This document shows positions 25,385 through 37,995 of a stretch of 64,000 nucleotides of DNA, piece after piece. Every line of letters begins with the position of its first letter. The first letter of the stretch is position 1. The notes under the pieces were generated by a model. The model did not search any database, was not told the DNA's origin, and saw only the letters and a list, made by a program, of their open reading frames with translations. Both the position numbers and the translations under genes were made by a program. Source of the stretch: Octopus sinensis (lineage: Eukaryota); contig NC_043011.1 of NCBI RefSeq assembly GCF_006345805.1, forward strand, positions 15,016,464 through 15,080,463, given 5' to 3'.

Positions 25385-25640
25385 GTTGTTCTGCCGCCCT
25401 AGGTCATGCTGTCGCCATTTTAAGTCGAATCACGTAAACACAGTCATGTGTATGTGTGTTATTCGTGTTATTTTCCTTGTGTTTATTCCCGTAACTATGC
25501 ATCTAAAGCGTAAATCCGATGCAAGTAGTAGCGATGCATCAAAGAAAAGGATAACGATCACTATTGAAATTAAAGTGGAATTAATAAAGCGAGCGCGGAG
25601 ATGAAAAGCCAGAGAACATTCGATATAAACTGCTTAAGAA
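25385..25640 (+). pseudogene. Tigger/pogo transposase N-terminal relic
   Basis: ATG at 25497 gives MHLKRKSDASSSDASKKRITITIEIKVELIKR, then a frameshift to GDEKP; resembles the CENP-B/psq HTH start of Tigger transposases. Confidence 0.6.
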
Positions 25641-25908
25641 GTTTTTCTTTAATGCTATTTTTTTTTTGATACCCAAACACACTCATTCTCCCTCTCAGTT
25701 ATACATACTTCAGCAACAATCATTATTATTGTTGTTGCTGCTGTTGTTGTGTTTGCTTCTACCTAGGTAAAATGTGTCACACTTCGCTTCCCAAGTCTCG
25801 AAAATAATTGTTGTTTATTTGCTCTTTTATAAACTTGTTATTGTCAAAATTTTTGCAGAGCTATCTGCAGGGAATGTTTGGTTCCACTATTTCTAGATCC
25901 TCTAGAGC

Positions 25909-26008
<100 letters not shown>

Positions 26009-26010
26009 GA

Positions 26011-26093
<83 letters not shown>

Positions 26094-26175
26094 CTGTCTG
26101 TCTGTCTGTCTGTCAATCTATCTATCTATACGTACATACATATGTATTTGTGTGTGTGTGTGTATGCGAGGTGTG

Positions 26176-26279
<104 letters not shown>

Positions 26280-26300
26280 TGTATGTATGTATGTATGTAG

Positions 26301-26680
26301 CTTTTATCTTGTTTCGGTCACCAAACTGCAGCTGTGCTGGGGCGCAGCATTGAAGAATTTTAGTCGAATCGATCCCAGTGCCTATTCTTTAAAGTACTGG
26401 TACTTATTCTATCAGTCTTGTTTGTTGAATCGCTAAGTTACGGGGACATAAGCACACAAACACTGGTTGTTAAGCAGTAGGTGGGCGGACAAAAACAGAC
26501 ACAAACACACACACGCATATATACGACAGGTTTCTTTCAGTTTTCGTCTACCAAATCCACTCACAAGGTTTTCGTCGGCCCAAGGCTATAGTAGAAGATA
26601 CTTTCCCAAAGTGCTACACAGTGGGATTGACCAAGGAACCATGTGGTTTGGAAGAAAACTTCTTACCACACAGCCACGCT
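26301..26680 (-). mobile_element. SINE family C
   Basis: Same head and tail as other family C copies. Confidence 0.85.
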
Positions 26681-26891
26681 TGACGATATATATACACACA
26701 TTTTTGTATTATATATTTATGTTTATATATGAATTTTATCTTACTGAACACATGTGGCTACAAATTTCCCACCCAACCAGAAAGAGGGAATGCTGAGGAC
26801 AGAAACAGGCTTTGAGGCGGCTGAGTTTTCATAGAATACGCATTTCGTTCTTTTCTTAGTTACCTATGCGGCTACAACTACCATTGCTGCT

Positions 26892-27164
26892 GTTGCTGTT
26901 AAGCGAAGCGGTCTTCGTCCCATTAATGGGAGAAGTCCGAAACGTGGTCCTTTGCTATTCGTAAAACCTGCAGAGGAGAAAGCAGGTCAACTCCCGACAC
27001 CGAGAGCATCGACAGATGGATGAATGTGCATCCAGGCTCAGCGGTTGCGTAGGAGGTCGGGGATAAGAAACAGGAAGAAAGAGTGAGAGAAAGTTGGAGC
27101 AAAAGAGTACAACAGGGGTCGCCCCCCCCCCCTCTGCCAGAGCCTCGTGGAGCTTTAGGTGTTT
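26892..27164 (-). mobile_element. SINE family B tail c, 5'-truncated
   Basis: Lacks the tRNA head; body and tail match 19445-19810. Confidence 0.8.
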
Positions 27165-28065
27165 ACCATTGCTGCTCTGATACCACACATAATTGAAGAG
27201 AAACAATGTCGTTGGTACCACTATCATGACCACTGGCACCACCACTAGCAACAACAAGAAGAGCAACAACGCCACTACTACCATCATAATCACCACCACC
27301 ACCACCACCACCACCACCACCACCACAAAAGCAGCAACAACAACCAACAGTTACATTAAGAGCAAGAACAATCGCACACTTCAACCACCAACTCATCTAC
27401 AAGTCAGGTATTTTGCGTACCACCAAACACCTCCATCACCACTACCACAACCACGGCAATAACCACGACCACCACCACCACCATCACCACTGCCGCCAAC
27501 ATTAGCATCTTGAATTTTCACTGCGGTAGTCAACAACTAGAGCGGGGCGGCTGCTGCGGCCGATTCTTCTGCTTGTGCAGTTTGCTGGAAATATTCTGTA
27601 TTGTTCTCTCTTCATAAAATAATTATAAAACGCCATTTCAATTTCGGTATCTATTTTTAATAATTTAGTTTCTTTTAAAATTTTGGTATTTATCCTCTCC
27701 ATAATCACAGACGGCCGATTTCGGAAATGTCGTTTCCTCATCGTTGTAAGGTGTTCCAGAGGATTAACCACATAAAAATACTTGAAAGAGTATTTATAAA
27801 ATTAGATAAGACTTGAAAAGATTGATAAATTTCCTTATGGCTTACAGATAAGAAAATGAGAGCATTTGAAACTTAAGAGAAAAAAAAAAAGAGACAGAAA
27901 CTGTAAAACCGCTTAGTTCGTTTCAAATTAGATAGCAAGCTAGACTTATATTCATGTTTCTCACAATTTTTTTTCAATGAGTTCAATACATATTTTTCTG
28001 CCAACTTCTCCCAACTTCAATGCAGACTATTTTATCATTTATGTGGTAGGGAATATAGATAAATA

Positions 28066-28387
28066 GGAGGCGCAATGGCCCAGTGGTTAGGGCAGCGGAC
28101 TCGCGGTCGTAGGATCGCGGTTTCGATTCCCAGACCGGGCGTTGTGAGTGTTTATTGAGCGAAAACACCTAAAACTCACTCTTACTTCCTGTTTCTGTTG
28201 TACCTGTATTTCAAAGGGCCGGCCTTGTCACTCTCTGTGTCACGCTGAATATCCCCGAGAACTACGTTAAGGGTACACGTGTCTGTGGAGTGCTCAGCCA
28301 CTTACACGTTAATTTCACGAGCAGGCTGTTCCGTTGATCGGAGCAACCGGAACCCTCGTCGTCGTAACCGACGGAGTGCTTCCATCC
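28066..28387 (+). mobile_element. SINE family B, tail type b
   Basis: Family B head, internal deletion, tail ending GTAACCGACGGAGTGCTTCCATCC; 11-bp TSD ATAGATAAATA at 28055-28065 and 28388-28398. Confidence 0.85.
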
Positions 28388-29076
28388 ATAGATAAATATT
28401 ATAACCCTAGCGACTGTTGTACGTGTGTATCTGTGAGGGCAATAATAGGTTTTAAGTAAAATATATACTATATATAAAGGTAAACATTTGACAAACTAAT
28501 ACGAAGTGTACTTAACTCTTCCGACTGACATATAAATCCGATTTAAAGACCGAAACAACGGAACTAGTTTGTAAGCCGGGAATTGCCTCGGGTTTTGCCA
28601 AGAGTTGTCAATAAATGAACAGGAAACAACACACGCCCACTCACAGACAGACAGACGTACGCACACTCACATACATACGTGTGTATGTGAGTGTGTATAT
28701 GCGTGGATGTGTATAAGTGTGTGTGTATGTGTGTATGAGTGCATATGTGTATGTACAAGAAGCACAACACCATAATCGGAAAACCTAACGATGCTCAGAC
28801 ACAAGGAAACATAACAATGAATTGCGTGTGACATCTGGATGACCTTAGACGTGATGACTGTAACATACTAAGGAACTAAAAACACACACACACACACACA
28901 AGCACGCGCGAGCACACACACACACGCATACTCAAGCGCGCACATTTCCGTGGAATCGGTCAATAAATTTTTGTCTCCAAACGTAGAGTTCTCTCTTTCC
29001 AACAGGTAGTAACACCTAATGCATCCAAATGATATTTCTCTCCCTCTTATACATATTCACATACTCATATATACAT

Positions 29077-29132
<56 letters not shown>

Positions 29133-29329
29133 GCACGCATATAATGCTGTTATATATATAATATTACAGAAATCTGCGTTCTTGTATGGAAATTTGAGAA
29201 GTTAATTAGGCAAGTGGATAACTGCTAATTAATATTTAGTTATTTGATACAAAGTATCACATTTCATACAAGTGCATCCTAGAAAATCATAATATTAAAA
29301 AAAAAGATTACTCAAGAACATTATTATGA

Positions 29330-29378
<49 letters not shown>

Positions 29379-29391
29379 GTTATTGTTATTG

Positions 29392-29456
<65 letters not shown>

Positions 29457-29880
29457 GGTATTATCATCATCATCATCATCACCACCACTGCCACCACCAC
29501 CATCGTCGTCATCATCATCATTATCACTATTATTATGCACATTAGATATGGCAACAATTTTTCATTTCAGTCTGTGAACAATCGCACTAATTTCTAGGCT
29601 GACGATTGTAGTCCAATAACTTTAAGCATACAGACGAAGGAAGTGAATTCTGCTCATCTCAGACAATTGCAATTATATTGACCGAGCATAATTGAATGAT
29701 ACTCCTTCAGCCAGTATTTTTTGTAGAATTTTCTTTTTTCTAATAAGAACTTCTCTTTGCAAACATGTTGTTTCAGTCCTACTTTGCGGCACCTCGAGCA
29801 AATGGTTTCTATTATAGACCCAGGCCAACCAATAGCCTGTGAATGAATTTTGTAAGAAGAAATTGTGCGAAAGCCCGTCG

Positions 29881-29909
<29 letters not shown>

Positions 29910-29913
<4 letters not shown>

Positions 29914-30109
29914 CGCCATGATAGATGGTTAGCCACTACACACATTTTTTCTCTCTTTGTTTCTCTCCTTGTTTTCTGTGTCCCTTTCTGTAGAAGAGCG
30001 TAGGCTCGAAACGTAAAATACTTTTTCTATTCCTGAGCGTTGTACTAATACATCTGTTTGTTTTGTACACCACCTGTCTTCGTTTTTTGTTGCTTTTTTC
30101 GTAAACTCT

Positions 30110-30111
<2 letters not shown>
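29910..30111 (+). mobile_element. ~200-bp Penelope-like solo pLTR with CUGUAGA hammerhead (copy 1 of 3)
   Basis: Closely similar to 31719-31905 and 56186-56371; each copy ends in (TA)n. Confidence 0.7.
29985..30018 (+). ncRNA. minimal hammerhead motif, A6U core variant
   Basis: UUU-CUGUAGA-A-GAGC(GUAG)GCUC-GAAAC-GUA^AAA. Confidence 0.55.
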
Positions 30112-30199
<88 letters not shown>

Positions 30200-30237
30200 T
30201 ACACCAACTTACAATGTTTGTATTATATGTTTTAAAT

Positions 30238-30483
30238 CAGTGCCTCCGAAACATTTTCGGGCTGCCTCCCCTTAGCACCTCGGTCACATTCCTAGCGCCA
30301 CTTCCCCACTCACCACCACAAACATAGACCACTTTTTCCAGCAAATTCAAAACAATTGTATTCACAAATAAAACTTAACCGAATTAACCCATTATTTTGT
30401 TGTTTTTACACCCGATTATCACCCCACTTTTCTTCAATGCCCTCCACCCCGGATCTTTCCGCCCCACCCCAAGGTAACCACTG
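30238..30483. mobile_element. hAT-type MITE
   Basis: CAGTG...CACTG termini with a perfect 8-bp TSD TTTTAAAT (30230-30237, 30484-30491). Confidence 0.75.
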
Positions 30484-30571
30484 TTTTAAATGCTTAATTA
30501 TTTCATTCTAATATTTTGAAATCTTGGGGCTTTATGTTTTATTGTGATGATACCATATATATCTGCCCTTT

Positions 30572-31022
30572 GACAGGTCTTATCTTTTGTCCTGCCGGGT
30601 GCCCAACAAATACCCGCCTCACCAAGCAGACCTGGTGGGTTTGCCAGTTTAGTCGCCGACGACCCAACAGGTTGTACTGGACTACATAGTACCAGTAGCA
30701 CACAAGTGACCTGACACAAAGGCCGGAAGAACTACAGCGTAGTCAACGGTCATCCAACAACGTGTGTGTGGAGTGCTTTGTGTGTGTGTCACTCTTTCGC
30801 TATGGTTTGGATGGTACGGACAGGATGAGCTCGTCAGTCATGGTTGGCAACCCTCCTAGGAGAGGATAACTCCGACTTCAAACCTACGGCCCGAGGATCT
30901 CGCTGTCACCGTCCCCGCTCGCTAGGCCATGGCAGATGAACCTCGTGCTTAAAGGGTGGGGCAAGTTTGCGCGCACTGCACTTCACCTTAAAACTCCCTA
31001 GCGCAGGCCAAAGGACATCCTA
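30572..31022 (+). mobile_element. 5' region of an RTE-clade LINE (or RTE-derived element)
   Basis: GC-rich; contains GGCAACCCTCCTAGGAGAGGATAACTCCGACTTCAAACC, resembling RTE 5'UTR motifs as I recall them; no ORF present. Confidence 0.5.
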
Positions 31023-31451
31023 AGGAACATATATATCAGCCTCTATTAATAAAGTATTGGGAATAGATCAGTTTAAATGTAAAGAGAGTACAAGTGAAAT
31101 TTTAATGTCCTGACATAACTGCCAATAAATATCGAGCTACTGTTCTAAGACGCACCCGGACAGTGCATTTATAATATCTTATGGCTGTCATTATTTACGT
31201 TCGTTATATATAAGGTCAAACTGTCTCCAAAGAGACGGTGCTGTTTTGTGCCAACAAGACATGTATTAATTAGTAAAATCGATAACAAAAAAAGAGTATC
31301 GTGAACTTTCCGTGAGGAATGGAAAATCTAACGATTCGAAAAGAGTCCTTCAGGAAAATTAATGCCTCTCCTGTTAACTTTTCCTTAGCTAGGATTCTGT
31401 CTGAAACGCTGGATTTGTACCCTTTTTATCGATTCTGTTATATAAAACTGT

Positions 31452-31665
31452 AAGGCGGCAAGCTGGCAGAATCGTTACTACGCCGGACATAAGGCTCAAC
31501 GGCATTTCTTCCGATTTTCCGTTCCAAGTTCAAAATCCAACGAAGTCGACTTTGTCTTTCATCCTTTCAGGGTCGATAAAATCAATACCAGTCAATTACT
31601 GGAGTCGATGTAGTCGACTAGCACCCTCCCATCAAATTCCAGGCCCTGTGCTTCTAGTAGAAAAA
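31452..31665 (+). mobile_element. SINE family A (older subfamily)
   Basis: AAGGCGGCAAGCTGGCAGAA head plus core and tail. Confidence 0.8.
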
Positions 31666-31779
31666 TTATGTAAGCTGTATTTTTTATGCACACACACGTG
31701 TGTGTATGTATATATATGTCGCCATGATAGATCGTTAGCCACTACACACATTTTATTCTCTCCTTGTTTTTCCTGTGTC

Positions 31780-31817
31780 CCTTTCTGTAGAAGAGCGTAG
31801 GCTCGAAACGTAAAAGG
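31780..31817 (+). ncRNA. minimal hammerhead motif, A6U core variant (copy 2)
   Basis: CCUUU-CUGUAGA-A-GAGC(GUAG)GCUC-GAAAC-GUA^AAAGG; perfect 5-bp stem I. Confidence 0.6.
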
Positions 31818-33253
31818 CTTTTTCTATTCCTGAGCGTTATACTAATACATCTGTTTGTTTTGTACTCCACCTGTCTTCGTCTTTTTGTTTTCGTAAACTC
31901 TCTCTATATATGTATATATAAATATGTGTATATAAATGTAGGGTGGTAGATAGGTGTGGGTATGTGTGCTTGGATGAATTTTGGTGGGGAGGGGCTTGCA
32001 TGCGCGTGTGTATGTATTCTAAGACTCGAGAAGGAATTTTAGGCGAAGATGAGCTAGCTCTCCGTTTCATGACCTGAAGCATCTTAGGTATAAATTTTGC
32101 CCATAGATAAGGGCACCGGTCTACGCCGGTTGACATTTCCAGATATTTTGTTAGTTGACGACTAGGTATACTGAGCCAATGAGGTTTAGTCTGAATCACA
32201 AGAAAACTTCTCATAAAAAAGAAAACAGTAGCAAATAGCTTATCCTCATGGTCGTTCCATCTCTACTAGTTTGTATATGATATATTTATGGAAATTTATT
32301 AGTAGAATATGCGATAGATGGTATGCTAATATTACTAGATGAAATTTTAATCGATATGAAAATGTTTCATATTTTGATACTTTTAAAAATAATTCTTTAT
32401 GAATGATAACACTTTTTAATTGATTTTTTATAAGCGGTTTTTTTTCCTTATGATTAGAATTTTCGTATTAAATATATAAAATTATCGATACCAGTATTGA
32501 CTTGTTTACGAGTCTCTGGAATTATGTTTGAATCAATGCAAAAACATTCTAGAGAGAAGACCTACCATTGTAGTAAAGCATTTCAATTGTTTTGAATGAA
32601 AAAAAAATCTTTTATCAAATGTTTTAAATGATATGGAAATATAGAAAAAAATTCAATAATTTATTTTCTTTGTGAAGTTATAATTCAGCTTGATATCTAT
32701 ATACCCTGGTAGTGTTTCAAATTATTAAATAACACGAAAGTATCTCTAGGAGAGAGGTGGAGGAATCCTTGCCTATATAGGAAACGGAAACTGCCTGCAG
32801 ACAGTAGTTATATACATATGTATATACACAAATGCATATACATATACATATATACATGCACACATACATCTTTGAATAGACTGAAATAAATTTAGATCTG
32901 GTGATGCAAACGGGAAAAGGGGACTCAAAGCATGAGTATATACACATTATTTTTTCATTAATAATCGGCAGAAGTTACAGAGTGACTCAAGGAGGAGAAT
33001 TTTCTGTATTAGTACTTATCAAATGTATGAACTCACAAAGCTCTCGGCCCTTGAGTCACTTTGTAACTTTTGCCGATTATTAATAAAAACCATACAGATC
33101 TGTGTGTGTGCGTGTGTGTGTGTAAAGGCGTGGTTATGTGGTAATAATTTAGATTTTCAACTACATGGTTCTGGGTTCAGTCTTCTGCTATAGCCTTGGG
33201 CCAACCAAAGCCTTGTGAGTGGATTTTGTTGATAGAATTTGAAAGAAATCTGT

Positions 33254-33356
<103 letters not shown>

Positions 33357-33570
33357 TGGTGAAATAGAAAGATGAATAATCTTGTTGCAGATTAATCAAA
33401 AGTTTACCCGATACCTTGGTAGCAAAAATCACAGCAGAAGAAAGCACGGTTGGAGGTACAACCATATGGTGTTGCAACCGTGCGTTGGTGCGGATAATTG
33501 AATTTTAATATTATTAGTGAATTGAAGAAATGGAGTTGAACGAAGATTGAACAGAAATCCTTTTATTGCA

Positions 33571-33650
33571 TTCTACACGTGTTTCGAAAGCCACAATTTA
33601 CCAAATTCCGATTGAATAAGGAGACCATATTGTGTCTTTCTCTTCAGGAA
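33571..33650 (-). ncRNA. type I hammerhead motif, left arm of palindrome
   Basis: Mirror image of 33794-33873. Confidence 0.7.
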
Positions 33651-33793
33651 GAAATAGGAATTCCGTTGGCAGAACAAAAACAGAACAGAGGCGCAGAACA
33701 GAGTTTGGCCATGGGCTCTTAGGAGCCTCCTCGTTCGATTTGTTTTGCTGCGCCTCTGTTCTGTTTTTGTTCTGCCAACGGAATTCCTATTTC

Positions 33794-33873
33794 TTCCTGA
33801 AGAGAAAGACACAATATGGTCTCCTTATTCAATCGGAATTTGGTAAATTGTGGCTTTCGAAACACGTGTAGAA
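33794..33873 (+). ncRNA. type I hammerhead motif with long stem II, right arm of palindrome
   Basis: UUC-CUGAAGA-GAAAGACACAAU...AUUGUGGCUUUC-GAAAC-ACGU-GUA^GAA; 11/12 pairs in stem II; palindromic CACGUG stem III. Confidence 0.7.
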
Positions 33874-33940
33874 TGCAATAAAAGGATTTCTGTTCAATCT
33901 TCGTTCAACTCCATTTCTTCAATTCACTAATTATATATAT

Positions 33941-34098
33941 ATATTCTTCTTCGGAAGAGGATGGATATATATGGCACTAATTTTAAATATAGCTTTATTT
34001 TAAAATTTAGAACGGGGCGAAAACACTTGCTCAAATAATACACCTGTCCATAAGTTATTTCTCTACGGGGACTTAAACACACATTTATATATATATAG

Positions 34099-34145
<47 letters not shown>

Positions 34146-34321
34146 TGTGTGTCCCACCATCGTTTGACAACCGGTGTTGGTGTGTTTAAGTCCCCGTAGA
34201 GAAATAACTTATGGACAGGCGTATTATTTGAGCAAGTGTTTTCGCCCCGTTCTAAATTTTAAAATGAAGCTATATTTAAAATTAGTGCCATATATATCCA
34301 TCCTCTTCCGAAGAAGAATAT
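33941..34321. repeat. second inverted repeat, 142-bp arms (2 mismatches), 97-bp spacer
   Basis: Arms 33941-34082 and 34180-34321; a related third copy lies at 35746-35872. Confidence 0.9.
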
Positions 34322-34509
34322 GTCACTTAAATAGAAAAAATACCAGGCTTTAAAAATATAAATAATGGGGTCGAATCGTCCAACTAAAATCTTTCAAGGC
34401 GATGCCGCCGCATGGCTGCAGACTAATGAGTGAAACAAGCAAAAGATAAAAGATATACATACACATATATTTATATATATTCATACGTTTACATTTATTA
34501 TTATTATTA

Positions 34510-34560
<51 letters not shown>

Positions 34561-34563
<3 letters not shown>

Positions 34564-34765
34564 ATGTTTGACTTTTGCTTTACATTTGCACAAGCTGGCT
34601 CCAAGTCTCACCCAGAGACCTCAAGAGACAACAAGCTGGAAGTTCATGTTGGTGTTATGCCTAGGGTGCCATATATTTGGTTTTGTACTTAGTGTTGTAC
34701 TAGTGACTGTCTAAAAAAACCATACGAAAATTATGTTTGTTTTAAAACTTGAGATTACATAGAAA
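34561..34765 (-). mobile_element. R4/Dong LINE 3'UTR, second copy in (TAA)n
   Basis: Aligns to 7696-7900; flanked by (ATT)n on both sides. Confidence 0.7.
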
Positions 34766-34779
34766 TTACATTGAGATTA

Positions 34780-34828
<49 letters not shown>

Positions 34829-34911
34829 GTTGTTGTTGTTATTATTATCATTATTGTTATTGTTATTATTATTATTAATATTATTACTATTATTATTATT
34901 ATTACTATTAC

Positions 34912-34977
<66 letters not shown>

Positions 34978-36443
34978 CTGCTAACCAAGTAGAGGTGTTT
35001 CACAAGTCTCTCGGGAAAGCAAAAGATATTCCTAGCTGGAATGGATCTTTTATCAATAATATTTGCATTCAGATGACTTCATACAGTTTGTTGTCAACTC
35101 TTCCTGGGCTAAAGAAAACAAAACACAACGATTGTTTGTTTTCAGATTCAATAATATTCCTCTCCTCACGTTAACCATACACACAATATGTGGGATGGGC
35201 ATGAACATTTCACGCCACGCCCAATTAAAGAAAACTTAAAACGTGCAAAACTATAAATTTCACCCCCAACAACAACAACAAAAAAATGCACATGTAATTG
35301 CAACTTAAAATATTGATAATAAACACTAAGTCAACTGAGCAAAAATTTTGTAAAGAAGAGGAGGAGGAGGAGGAGGAGGAGGTGGAGGAAGAAGAAGAAG
35401 AAGAAGAAGAAGAAGAAGAAGAAGAAGAAGAAGAAGAACAACAACAACAACAACAACAACACAACAACAACAACAATATGCATATGCATATCGCTTCGTA
35501 TGTAAACACGAACATCGATGAATCGTTTTCTGCTAGTGTTTTGTCCAACGGGAAAACTCTGGATACGATATGTTTACTCGAGGGATAAAAAAAATGGGAA
35601 ATATTTTGTGCAGCGAACTAAAACCAGCCTTCTACAATTAATTACAGAGGCCCGTGAGCAGCAAAAATTAAGATACCTGTGTCTTGCGAAAGACAGCAGA
35701 TTTTTTGAGTCCATTTAAACACGATTTGGAGACAGCCCTGAAAGATATTTAAGTGGCATATTCTTCTTTGGAAGAGGATGGATATATATGGCACTAATTT
35801 TAAATATAGCATCATTTTAAAATTTAGAACACTTGCACAAATAATACGCCTGTCCATAAGTTATTTCTCTACTATTTGGGAAGAAGTCACACAAGTATGG
35901 CTGTATATGAGTAAATGTTTCTTCCAAAACAACGACCAAGAAATACTTCATTTATACTAATTTATCTGGGACAGAGAATGATCCGGGTAAAAACTGCAAA
36001 CATACAATTGGATTGACATGAACTAGAATTCTGGTGGGTGGCGGACTGTGTTGTGTTGGAAGAGGTTAATACACAACGCTAGAAATAAAAGAGACTATTT
36101 AATTGGGTTGAATGAGTTATAGAGATCCTGACTTAGGTGAAATCCGAGGCACTGTATAAGAACTTCGACAAAACAGAAATCCCAGGACGACAACAGCTGG
36201 AGGTGGTAAGACTGGTGAAAGACCTAAATACTACAGTTTTGGCAACACCCATCACCTCAAGCCATTCTTCCTTCAACAACAACAACAACACTTCCGGCAC
36301 CGCAGTATCAAATGCGCTAGCACCAGTAACAACTACAACAGCAACAGCAACAGAATTAATATCAACAGCGTGAAACGCAATAGCCGTTGTTGGAGTTCCA
36401 GCTGCAAGAATGTGAGCAGCACCTAAAGCATCAACAGCAACAA

Positions 36444-36798
36444 CAGTGGAGGCGCAATGGCCCAGTGGTTAGGGCAGCGGATTCGCGGTCGGAGGATTGC
36501 GGTTTCGATTCCCAGACCGGGCGTTGTGTGTGTTTGTTGAGCGAAAACACCTAAAGCTCCACGAGGCTCCGGCAGGGGGTGGTGGCGACCCCTGTTGTAC
36601 TCTTTCGCCCTTGCTTCCTGCTTCTCGTCCCCGACTTCCTACACAACCGCTGAGCCTGGATGCGCATTCATTCATCCGTCGATGCTCTCGGTGTCGGGGG
36701 TTGACCTGCTTTCTCTTCTGCGGGTCTTACTAATAGCAAAGGACAACGTTTCGGACTTCTCCCACGAAGACCGCTTTGCTCAACAAACAAACAAACAA
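36444..36798 (+). mobile_element. SINE family B, tail c, full length
   Basis: Family B head; probable TSD CAACAGCAACAA (36432-36443, 36799-36810). Confidence 0.85.
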
Positions 36799-37995
36799 CA
36801 ACAGCAACAATACTAACACTACTAACGCCACCCCACAACTAACATTTCACAGTAGCAACACGAATGTAGAAAAAGAAAGTCATTAACAATAAGGACACAA
36901 GCAGAAGCAACAAAAAAAATCAACTCATTATATGCGTCGACACACGATAACTGTAGATGGATGTGCGTTAGGGTTGCTTTGGGAACAGGTATCTGCCCAA
37001 CCCGGATACTGGAAGCTGGGCGTGTCTTTACCGGCGCAGCAAACTTACAGAGACATTTTTATTGAATTAGCTAAGCGGAAGCTGACGGGGACAATCGCCA
37101 AAACGAATGATGTTTAGCTCTGAAAAGGGCGATTGCAGTAATGAAAATAGCGACAGGAAAAAAAAAAGACTACAGGGAAATCTAGTTCGAAACTTAGAAG
37201 GGCTAGTTAGAAGGGGGCTCTAAAACACAAAAGAAACAAAGCTATTCGATGGGCTCAAATGAGGTGTAGGCACAACGCGGCAACAAAAGTCATCATTCGG
37301 TCTTCGACGGGTCATGATAGGGCATGTTACTTGATTATGAACTGAAATGTGCAACTTTTCATTGGTATTCCTTCGGCTATCCAGAACAAGTGGTGAGTTT
37401 GATTGTAGGATTGATACCTGCTTCGACGTCCTATCGCTGGGAGAGTGTGGTGAAAGGCTGGTAATAGCCACTGCAATATGAAAAGAAATGACTTGCTACT
37501 TATCGAGCAACTGTCCTCATTTAATGCATATATACCAGAATTGTTCGGCAACAACTTGGCAGATGTTTATCGCAACTGGCAGTAGAACCAGAGAAATCGC
37601 ATTGTTGTGAAATGAGGGGTAGTAGCACTGCTGAAAAAGGTCCCAGAAGAGAGAGCAGGTCCATCCTCGACACCAAGGGCATCGACGGATGGATGAATGC
37701 GCATCCAGGCTCAGCGGTTGCATAGGAAGTCGGGGATGCTGTTGCTGTTGCTGTCACTACTACTACGGGCTCAGTTGCTGATGTTTCGCTTCGTTTCTTA
37801 GTAATATAAAATCAGCTAAATTACTTTACTGTCACAATCTCTTTACCCAAATACTGGCTGCAATCAGCAACACATACGACCACTGTACTGTTTTACGACT
37901 ACAAAGCCGTATAATTTACTAGATGGATAGCCTTACAGCTATACAATAGCACCGTTGACCTGCTGTACAACCTTTCAGCTATAAAACAGTACAGA

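Larger units (their letters stand above)
33513..33931. repeat. perfect inverted repeat, 184-bp arms, 51-bp spacer
   Basis: Arms 33513-33696 and 33748-33931; the opposite-strand ORF translations in the track are identical across the arms. Confidence 0.95.

Noticed and set aside
28066-28140. SINE heads as functional tRNA genes (Arg-TCG-like)
   Set aside because: A/B boxes are present, but the cloverleaf is incomplete and the heads are fused to SINE bodies with TSDs.
28525-28565. CTGAC..TAAATC-C-GATTTA..CGAAAC hammerhead-like string
   Set aside because: It lacks the GA of the core and has no cleavage triplet or stem I.
35000-35130. Similarity to ~17100-17160 (shared ATGAAGTCATC) and a strong minus-strand acceptor
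   Set aside because: Only an 11-mer plus scattered matches; all frames hit stops soon after the acceptor.
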